Shown: piece after piece, positions 54,311-64,000 of the stretch
Layout: the number at the start of each line of letters is the position of its first letter
How positions within the stretch are numbered: the first letter of the stretch is position 1
Source: an uncultured Pelagibacteraceae bacterium
GTDB lineage: Bacteria > Pseudomonadota > Alphaproteobacteria > Pelagibacterales > Pelagibacteraceae
Direction: 5' to 3'
Assembly: GCA_902634775.1 (NCBI GenBank)
Contig: CACPLG010000006.1
Coordinates: 6 to 64,005 of the forward strand
Length of the DNA stretch: 64,000 bases
The notes under the pieces: generated by a model
Told to the model about the DNA's origin: nothing
Database searches by the model: none
The model's input: the letters and a program-made list of their open reading frames with translations, nothing else
Made by a program: the position numbers and the translations under genes

Positions 54311-56266
54311 ATGAAAGTACCAGTACTATTACCAAACATTTTTGATCACCCATTTACATACACTTCAAAAGAAAAACTTAAAATTGGCGACTATGTAGAA
54401 GTACCTTTTGGTAAAAAAAAAATGATAGGTATTATTTGGGATGATTTCGAGGAAGGACCTAAAAAAAAATTTCAAATCAAAAATATAATTAAAAAATTTA
54501 CAAAAGATCCTTTAGAAAATAAAACAATAAAATTTTTAAATTGGTTTTCTGATTATAATATCGTTCCAAAGGGTATGGCTTTAAAGCTTCATCTAGTAAA
54601 TAATTCTTTAGAAGAAGATTACCAAGCAGACACTTATGATCAGTTTAATAAAAAACACCCAACCAAAGATTATAGTCTTAGTATTCAGCAAAAAAAAAGT
54701 TTATTAGAAATAGAAAAGGGGGATAAAAATTTTAGAGTTCATGTATTACAAGGGACCACAGGTTCAGGAAAAACAATAGTTTATTTTAATGCAATTAAAA
54801 AAAAAATAAATGAAGGGTATCAATCTTTGATTTTACTTCCTGAAATTGGCCTCACCAAAGAATTTGAAAAAAATTTCATTTCTTTTTTTGGTTTTAAACC
54901 AGCTATTTGGCATTCATCAGTTACAAAGAAAAATAAAAAGATAATTTGGAGCGGTTTGAAATCAGGAAAGATTAAAGTTGTCATAGGGGCTAGGTCGGCT
55001 TTATTTTTACCTTTTAAAAAGTTAGGTCTTATTACAATAGATGAAGAACACGACCAATCCTACAAACAAGATGAGGGTGTAAACTATCATGCTAGAGATA
55101 TGGCAATATCCAGAGCATCATTTGAAAATATACCTATCAACTTGATATCTGCTGTTCCATCTATAGAAACTTACAAAAATATCAAAGGAAAAAAGTTTTA
55201 TTCATCCAGGTTAACTGAGCGATTTAAAGATGCAAAGTTGCCAGATTATGAAATTATAAAAATAAAAAAAAGTGAAAAAAAAGTAACATTTATTTCAGAG
55301 CAATTGATTGAAAAAGTAAAAGATAATTTATCTAGGAATAATCAAGTTTTATTTTTTGTAAATAGAAGAGGTTACTCGCCATTTGTATTATGTAAAAACT
55401 GTTTAAAAACTTTTGACTGTCCTTTTTGTTCAATTAATCTTGTTTATCATAAGATAAGAAATAAAGTTTTATGTCATTATTGCGGTTATTCCACTGAAAT
55501 GGAACGAGATTGCTCTTCAAAAGATACTAAGTGTGATTTTAGCTTTAGTGGTCCAGGTGTGGAAAAAATACTTGAGGAAATTAAAAAGATTTTTCCTGAC
55601 AAAAACACTTTAATTTTCTCAAGTGACACCATGAATAAAAAGGACTCGTCTTCAAAAATCCAAGAGATAATAGATAATAAGATTAATATTTTAATTGGTA
55701 CTCAACTGATTTCAAAAGGTTTTCATTTTCCTAATCTGAACTGTATTATTGTTTTGGATATTGATTATTCTTCTAGAGGTTACGATTTAAGGAGTGCTGA
55801 AAAAACTGTACAGCTTTACCACCAACTATCAGGCAGAGCCGGTCGAGAAGGAAAGCCTTCGACTGTTTATTTTCAAACAATGAATTTGAACTCAGATTAC
55901 ATATCACAAATCGTAAATCCTGATCCTTATATTTTTTTGGATAAAGAATTAATTCTGAGAGAAAAGAATTTATTACCTCCTTTTGAAAGATTTATATCGA
56001 TAATAGTTAGTGCTCAAAATAGCAAAAAATCCGACCAGGCATCATACGAATTGTCAGAATTTTTAAAAAAACACCTTAAAGTCAAAATTCTCGGACCAGT
56101 AAACGCTCCGATTTATAAAGTAAGAGGGAATTACAGGAATAGGATCTTATTAAGATCTGCAAAGAATATTTCGGCTCAGAAAAACTTAAAAATGGCTCTT
56201 AAAAGATTTAATATACCAAAAGGAATAAAACTTTCAGTTGATGTTGATCCAATAAATTTCAATTAA
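54311..56266 (+). CDS. priA: Primosomal protein N' (replication restart helicase)
   Basis: GTTGSGKT, LLPEIGL, DEEHD, NRRGY, CxxC zinc motifs, QLSGRAGR, DVDP. Confidence 0.96.
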   Translation: MKVPVLLPNIFDHPFTYTSKEKLKIGDYVEVPFGKKKMIGIIWDDFEEGPKKKFQIKNIIKKFTKDPLENKTIKFLNWFSDYNIVPKGMALKLHLVNNSLEEDYQADTYDQFNKKHPTKDYSLSIQQKKSLLEIEKGDKNFRVHVLQGTTGSGKTIVYFNAIKKKINEGYQSLILLPEIGLTKEFEKNFISFFGFKPAIWHSSVTKKNKKIIWSGLKSGKIKVVIGARSALFLPFKKLGLITIDEEHDQSYKQDEGVNYHARDMAISRASFENIPINLISAVPSIETYKNIKGKKFYSSRLTERFKDAKLPDYEIIKIKKSEKKVTFISEQLIEKVKDNLSRNNQVLFFVNRRGYSPFVLCKNCLKTFDCPFCSINLVYHKIRNKVLCHYCGYSTEMERDCSSKDTKCDFSFSGPGVEKILEEIKKIFPDKNTLIFSSDTMNKKDSSSKIQEIIDNKINILIGTQLISKGFHFPNLNCIIVLDIDYSSRGYDLRSAEKTVQLYHQLSGRAGREGKPSTVYFQTMNLNSDYISQIVNPDPYIFLDKELILREKNLLPPFERFISIIVSAQNSKKSDQASYELSEFLKKHLKVKILGPVNAPIYKVRGNYRNRILLRSAKNISAQKNLKMALKRFNIPKGIKLSVDVDPINFN

Positions 56267-56365
56267 CTGTTATTTTTGTGGCTTTTTTTAAAGCTCATAC
56301 TTGATCGTTACTTGCCTATATGTTAATTAATTTGAAAACTTATCAGCAAATATAAAGGATCTAAC

Positions 56366-56914
56366 TTGTCTAATTCCCAAACTAAAGCAACAAACAGCTA
56401 TTCTCAGTCTTTGTTTGAGCTTGCAAAAGAGAATAGCGTGTTAGATGAAATTGAGGTTCAGGCAAAGTCCTTATACAGCGTAATTAAAGACTCTCAGGAT
56501 TTCTCAACTTTTATAAAAGATCCTACATTCAAACAAGATAAGCAACTTGAGATTTTTAGTGCAATTTTTGAAAAAGTAAAATTGAATAGCTTGTTTATTA
56601 AGTTCATTAAATTTCTTATTCATAAAAGAAGAATTTTTTTTTTAAAAAATATTTTAAAAGATTTTATCACCTATTGTTCAATTCAAAGAGGAGAAGTTAG
56701 AGCTGAGCTTGTATCTTCAAAAAAATTAGATAACTCTCAGATAGAAAAAATTAAAGAGGAAATGACAAAAGACTTTAATTCAAAAATTAACTTAAGTTAT
56801 AAGGTCGATGAATCATTGCTTGCTGGAGTAAAAATAAAAATTGGAAGTATTATGATCGATAACTCTTTAAAGAATAAATTAATGAAAATGAAAAACTCAA
56901 TGAAGGAAGTATAA
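56366..56914 (+). CDS. atpH: ATP synthase F1 delta subunit
   Basis: [28 protein letters not shown]; TTG start with AAGGA SD. Confidence 0.93.
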   Translation: MSNSQTKATNSYSQSLFELAKENSVLDEIEVQAKSLYSVIKDSQDFSTFIKDPTFKQDKQLEIFSAIFEKVKLNSLFIKFIKFLIHKRRIFFLKNILKDFITYCSIQRGEVRAELVSSKKLDNSQIEKIKEEMTKDFNSKINLSYKVDESLLAGVKIKIGSIMIDNSLKNKLMKMKNSMKEV

Positions 56915-58449
56915 TGGATATTAACCCATCAGAAGTAACAAAAATATTAAAAGAACAAATTAAAAAATTTGGAGATAAATCTGAAGTAACGGAAATTGGT
57001 CAAGTTTTATCTGTAGGAGATGGAATAGCAAGAATTTACGGACTCGACAATGTTCAAGCAGGTGAGATGGTAGAATTTGCTGATGGTTCTAAAGGTATGG
57101 CGTTAAACTTAGAAAGCGATAACGTTGGGGTGGTTATTTTTGGTGATGATAGAGCAGTAAAAGAAGGTGATACAGTCAAAAGAACCGGAGCGATTGTTGA
57201 TACACCAGTTGGGAAAGAATTACTTGGAAGAGTTGTTGATGGATTAGGAAACCCAATAGACGGTAAAGGAGCTTTAGACAAAAGTATTAAACGAAGTAGA
57301 GTTGAGGTGAAAGCACCAGGAATTATTCCAAGAAAATCTGTCAGCGAACCAATGCAAACAGGTTTAAAATCAATTGATAGTTTGGTTCCAATAGGTAGAG
57401 GTCAAAGGGAATTAATTATTGGAGATCGTCAAACAGGAAAAACTGCTGTTGCTATTGATGCGATAATTAATCAAAAAAAGATAAACGAGTCAGGTGATGA
57501 AAAACAAAAACTTTATTGTATTTATGTTGCTATAGGTCAAAAAAGATCAACTGTAAGACAGATAGAGAAAACTTTAGAAGAGGCTGGAGCTATGGAATAT
57601 ACAACAATTGTTGCGGCAACAGCTTCGGATGCAGCTCCATTACAATTTTTAGCTCCATACACTGGATGTGCTATGGGTGAATATTTTAGAGACAATGGAA
57701 TGCATGCTTTAATTATTTATGACGATCTTTCAAAACAAGCGGTAGCCTACAGACAAATGTCACTTCTTTTAAGACGTCCTCCAGGAAGAGAGGCATATCC
57801 AGGAGACGTTTTTTATTTACATAGTCGATTACTTGAAAGAGCGGCAAAATTAGGTGACGAACATGGAGGAGGATCATTAACTGCGTTGCCAATCATCGAA
57901 ACTCAAGCAGGAGACGTATCAGCTTACATACCTACTAACGTAATCTCAATTACAGATGGACAAATATTTTTAGAGACAGAACTATTCAATCAAGGAATAA
58001 GACCTGCAATTAATGTTGGCTTATCAGTTTCAAGGGTAGGTTCTTCTGCTCAAACAAAAGCTATGAAAAAAGTTTCTGGATCTATGAAACTTGAACTTGC
58101 TCAATATAGAGAGATGGCAGCTTTTGCACAGTTTGGATCTGACTTAGATGCGTCAACCCAAAAACTTTTAAACAGAGGAGCAAAATTAACTGAATTATTG
58201 AAACAAAAACAATATTCTCCAATGACAGTAGCTGAGCAAGTCATTTCTGTCTTTTGTGGTGTAAAAGGTCACCTAGACGATATTCAACAAAAAGATATAT
58301 CAAAATTTGAGAAAGATATAATTGAGAAATGTAAATCTGAACAACCAGATTTGATAAATTCAATAATTTCATCAGGAAAACTTGAAGAAGAAAATGAGAA
58401 AAAATTGACGAGTATTATTTTGGATTTAAAGAAAAATTTTGATAAATAA
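56914..58449 (+). CDS. atpA: ATP synthase F1 alpha subunit
   Basis: [22 protein letters not shown]. Confidence 0.99.
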   Translation: MDINPSEVTKILKEQIKKFGDKSEVTEIGQVLSVGDGIARIYGLDNVQAGEMVEFADGSKGMALNLESDNVGVVIFGDDRAVKEGDTVKRTGAIVDTPVGKELLGRVVDGLGNPIDGKGALDKSIKRSRVEVKAPGIIPRKSVSEPMQTGLKSIDSLVPIGRGQRELIIGDRQTGKTAVAIDAIINQKKINESGDEKQKLYCIYVAIGQKRSTVRQIEKTLEEAGAMEYTTIVAATASDAAPLQFLAPYTGCAMGEYFRDNGMHALIIYDDLSKQAVAYRQMSLLLRRPPGREAYPGDVFYLHSRLLERAAKLGDEHGGGSLTALPIIETQAGDVSAYIPTNVISITDGQIFLETELFNQGIRPAINVGLSVSRVGSSAQTKAMKKVSGSMKLELAQYREMAAFAQFGSDLDASTQKLLNRGAKLTELLKQKQYSPMTVAEQVISVFCGVKGHLDDIQQKDISKFEKDIIEKCKSEQPDLINSIISSGKLEEENEKKLTSIILDLKKNFDK

Positions 58450-58451
58450 TT

Positions 58452-60746
<2,295 letters not shown>

Positions 60747-60747
<1 letters not shown>

Positions 60748-61139
60748 TGTCAGATTCGTTTAACTTGGAAATTGTTAATCCAGAAAAATTATTCCTTTCT
60801 TTAGATAATGTATCTGAAGTAGTGGTACCTGCATTTGAAGGTGATATGGGTATTTTGAAAGATCACATATCTATAATTTCATTTTTAAAACCTGGAATAG
60901 TCAAGGTTTTTACAAGCAATGAAGTAAAAGAATTATATGTTGAAGATGGAATTATAGAATTTAGTGAAAATTCTTTATCAATTCTTACCAGCAGAATTAT
61001 CGACATAAAAGAAATAAAAAAAGACGATTTAAGCTCAATGATTAATGAGGCCAATGAAGCTTTAAAAGATGAAAATATAGACGACCAAAAAAGATTTTTA
61101 GCAAATCAAAAAATTGATGTTTTGAATAGATTCAATTAG
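60747..61139 (+). CDS. atpC: ATP synthase F1 epsilon subunit
   Basis: LEIVNPE, GDMGILKDH, position after atpD. Confidence 0.93.
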
Positions 61140-61140
61140 A

Positions 61141-61617
61141 TTATTTTAAAATATCCAGCACTTTTTTTTTGACTTCATTATAAACGTCTAATTTGAAATC
61201 AACCACATTTTTCGTAATATCTTCAAGGTTTATCCATTTCCACTCTAAGAACTCAGGCTTTTTGGTTTTTATATTTATTTCGTTATCACTACCTAGAAAT
61301 CTCATACAAAACCACTTTTGTATTTGACCTTTGTATTTTCCTTTCCATATAATTCCTAAAAGATTTTGAGGAAGCAGATAAGTTTGAAAACCGTCCAACT
61401 CTTTAATTAATTTAACTTTTGTTATACTTGTTTCTTCTTCTAACTCTCTTGTAGCTGCATCAAGATAGTCCTCATTTTCATCAATTCCACCCTGAGGCAT
61501 TTGCCAATAATTGTTTGGATTATCTATTCTTTTTGCTACAAAGACTTCGTTATTTTGATTAAGTAAAACAATGCCCACTCCTTTTCTAAGTGGCAACTTT
61601 TTAAACTTTTCGAGCAT
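61141..61617 (-). CDS. rppH: RNA pyrophosphohydrolase (Nudix)
   Basis: WQMPQGGID, RELEEETS, YKGQIQKWF, PEF..W.W. Confidence 0.93.
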   Translation of the reverse strand: MLEKFKKLPLRKGVGIVLLNQNNEVFVAKRIDNPNNYWQMPQGGIDENEDYLDAATRELEEETSITKVKLIKELDGFQTYLLPQNLLGIIWKGKYKGQIQKWFCMRFLGSDNEINIKTKKPEFLEWKWINLEDITKNVVDFKLDVYNEVKKKVLDILK

Positions 61618-62745
61618 CTATCCTGCTAAAAGTTTACGAGCAAAATTTAATTGATTATCGGTTTCTGTATCAATTCGAAAATCACTCTCTTCTTCTTCAA
61701 TTGATATATCTGGAGCTACACCAACCTCTGAAATTGATTTTCCTGAGGGTAAATAATATTTTGAAATTGTTAGTCTAATTGCTCCCTCATTTTTAAGAGG
61801 AATTATTGATTGAACAGAACCTTTACCATATGTACTTTCACCAACCAAAACTGCTCTTTTGTGATCCTTTAATGCTCCCGCAACTATTTCTGATGCTGAT
61901 GCAGACCCATTATTAATTAAAACTACAAGAGTTTTACCATTTATTAAATCTCCACTACTTGCAAACCATTTTCTATTTTCACTTTTTTGTCGGCCCTTGG
62001 TCGATACAATTTCTCCATCCTCAAGAAAAAAATCTGATATTTTAATTGCTTGCGATAATAATCCTCCAGGATTATTTCGTAAGTCAAGGATATAGCTTTC
62101 AATTTTTTTATCTCTTTTAAATTTTTTAATCTCAGTTTTGATTTGACTACCACTATTTTCATTAAATGACGTCAATCTTAAGTAACCAATTTTTTTATCA
62201 TAAGTCTTTGATTTCACTGATGCGATTTGAATAATTTCTCTTGTAATATTGAATATTAATGATTTCTTTTTCCCAACTCTTCTAACTGTAATTTCGATAC
62301 TACTTCCAACTGGTCCTCTCATTAAATCAACGGCTTCAGTCAATGTCTTTCCTTGTACCTGCTTGTCATTTATTTTCACTATGTAATCACCTGCTTTAAC
62401 ACCAGCTTTGTCAGCTGGAGAATTATCTATTGGAGATATTACTTTTACAACACCTGCTTCCATACCGACTTCGATTCCTAATCCCCCAAATTTACCGCTT
62501 GTTTCAGTTTCCATTTGTTTAAGATCCTCTGGTGATAAATATGCAGAATATGGGTCAAGTGATCTTAAGACTCCATCGATTGCAGCATCCATTGCTTCAG
62601 CTTGATCTATCTCTTCAACATATTCTTTGTTGACTTTATCAAGTACTTCTCCAAATAAGTCTACTTTATCGTAAATGTTATCATTATTTGAAAATGCAAG
62701 TGTAAACGTATGAAAAATTATAATTACAAAAATAATTATTCTCAT
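61618..62745 (-). CDS. ctpA: Carboxyl-terminal processing protease (S41)
   Basis: LDPYS, FGGLGIEV (PDZ), LDLRNNPGGLL, SASASEIVAGAL, GKGSVQ. Confidence 0.93.
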   Translation of the reverse strand: MRIIIFVIIIFHTFTLAFSNNDNIYDKVDLFGEVLDKVNKEYVEEIDQAEAMDAAIDGVLRSLDPYSAYLSPEDLKQMETETSGKFGGLGIEVGMEAGVVKVISPIDNSPADKAGVKAGDYIVKINDKQVQGKTLTEAVDLMRGPVGSSIEITVRRVGKKKSLIFNITREIIQIASVKSKTYDKKIGYLRLTSFNENSGSQIKTEIKKFKRDKKIESYILDLRNNPGGLLSQAIKISDFFLEDGEIVSTKGRQKSENRKWFASSGDLINGKTLVVLINNGSASASEIVAGALKDHKRAVLVGESTYGKGSVQSIIPLKNEGAIRLTISKYYLPSGKSISEVGVAPDISIEEEESDFRIDTETDNQLNFARKLLAG

Positions 62746-63095
62746 TAAACAATAACTTTCTCTTTTGGAATTAACTCAGACCAAATTTTTTCTAATTCAT
62801 AAAACTTTCTTTTCTCTGGATTAAAAATATGAACTACAATGTCTATTCCATCTACCAGTTTCCACTCAGCACTATCTTTTCCCTCAATTTTACAATTTTT
62901 TAATCCATTAGTTTTAAACTTTTCCAAAACTTGTTCAGAAAGAGACTGGATATGTCTAGAAGACGTCCCACTTGCAACAATCATATAGTCAGCTATTGAG
63001 GATTTATCTTTAAGATCTATAGATACTATGTCTAAAGCCTTATTACTATCGAGTGTTTTGATGATGATTTTTTTTAAGTCTAAGTTTTCGGCCAT
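62745..63095 (-). CDS. rsfS: Ribosome silencing factor (Iojap)
   Basis: KALDI, DYMIVASGTSSRH, W.LVD..DIVVHIF, FYELEKIW. Confidence 0.95.
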   Translation of the reverse strand: MAENLDLKKIIIKTLDSNKALDIVSIDLKDKSSIADYMIVASGTSSRHIQSLSEQVLEKFKTNGLKNCKIEGKDSAEWKLVDGIDIVVHIFNPEKRKFYELEKIWSELIPKEKVIV

Positions 63096-63110
63096 TAATT
63101 GTTTACTTTA

Positions 63111-63644
63111 TCAAATATTTCTTATTTGAGAAGATGAAATATTTACCTTATTAAAACTTATGTATTTTAGACCCCTTTTTTTTAAGTTCTTATAAGCCAC
63201 TGATTCCTTTGATCTTTTTTTGTACCCGCTTCTATCAAAAACTAAAATTTTTGCTAACTTTCCAATTTTAGACCAATTGTTCCATTTATGAAAATTTATG
63301 AGATTATCAGCTCCCATTATAAAAAAAATTTCGTTACTGCGATTCTTTTTAAAAAATTTTATAAGCTTAATTGTCTTATTAGATTTAATTTTTTTTTCAT
63401 AAAAACCCACAGTCACATACTTTGTTTTTTTTGTTAAACTCTTTGCAATTTGGACTCTTTTTTTAAGGCTATAAAAACTTTTACTTTTAAAAGGGTTTTT
63501 TTCGGTGATAGCCCATACAATTTTGTCTAATTTGAATAATTTTTTAGCAACTTTAGAAATTTTTAAATGCCCTTTGTGAGCAGGATCAAAAGTTCCGCCA
63601 AGAATACCTAGTCTAACTTTTTTTTTAAGATCGTATTTGGCCAT
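63111..63644 (-). CDS. nadD: Nicotinate-nucleotide adenylyltransferase
   Basis: GGTFDPAHKGH, MGADN, ISSSQIR. Confidence 0.92.
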   Translation of the reverse strand: MAKYDLKKKVRLGILGGTFDPAHKGHLKISKVAKKLFKLDKIVWAITEKNPFKSKSFYSLKKRVQIAKSLTKKTKYVTVGFYEKKIKSNKTIKLIKFFKKNRSNEIFFIMGADNLINFHKWNNWSKIGKLAKILVFDRSGYKKRSKESVAYKNLKKRGLKYISFNKVNISSSQIRNI

Positions 63645-63999
63645 TTCCTATTACTTCATATTTATAAGATACAAGTTGATTTAAACCAACAGGACCTCTA
63701 GGTGGTAATTTATTAGTTGATATACCTACTTCGCCACCAAAGCCAAGCTCAGCTCCATCTGCAAATTGAGTCGATGAATTATGAATCAATATTGAACTCT
63801 TCACATTTTCAAAAAAGTATTTTGTATTTTTTTTATTATTAGAAATAATTGCCTCAGTATGTGAAGTACCATACTTATTAATATGTTTGACTGCATCCTC
63901 TACATTGTTGACTTTTTTTACAGAAATTTTTAATGACAAGTATTCGGTCGACCAATCTTTTGATGTTGCTTTATGAATTTTTTTTGGAGAAATTTTTCT
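63625..63999 (-). CDS. proA: Gamma-glutamyl phosphate reductase, C-terminal part (runs off the window)
   Basis: Frame open to the window end (DWSTEYL...), HTEAI, STQFADG.E.GFGGEVGIST..L.PRGPVGL. Confidence 0.95.
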   Translation of the reverse strand, partial: RKISPKKIHKATSKDWSTEYLSLKISVKKVNNVEDAVKHINKYGTSHTEAIISNNKKNTKYFFENVKSSILIHNSSTQFADGAELGFGGEVGISTNKLPPRGPVGLNQLVSYKYEVIGNGQIRS

Positions 64000-64000
64000 G

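Noticed and set aside
56300-56321. CTTG...CCTATAT upstream of atpH as a sigma32 promoter
   Set aside because: The spacer is only 11 nt, too short for the consensus.

Overview
AT-rich, tightly packed alphaproteobacterial chromosome segment. Gene content and order (dmdC-dmdB-hydrolase-dmdA between leuB and asd, ffh RNA leader, minimal intergenic DNA) strongly suggest SAR11/Pelagibacterales. Most of the window is core genome: two photolyases, argG, cytochrome c maturation (ccmC-H), a hydroxy/keto-acid catabolic cluster with a TRAP transporter, ftsY/dapF/ffh/rpsP/trmD/rplS, leuCDB, DMSP demethylation genes, sdhCDAB-mmsA-mdh-sucCDAB-lpdA, priA, atpHAGDC, and rppH/ctpA/rsfS/nadD/proA. I saw no tRNA, rRNA, CRISPR array, integrase or IS. 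The best candidate for an undescribed system is a translationally coupled three-gene cassette between lpdA and priA: a PhyH-type Fe(II)/2OG dioxygenase, a SAM methyltransferase and EgtD, with no adjacent egtB and with foreign codon usage in the first two genes. Other leads are a candidate sRNA after hspQ, an 18-bp motif shared by two distant intergenic regions, two small ORFs missed by the ORF track, and an alpha/beta hydrolase sitting where DmdD is missing. All product calls come from motif and family recognition by eye; no searches were run.
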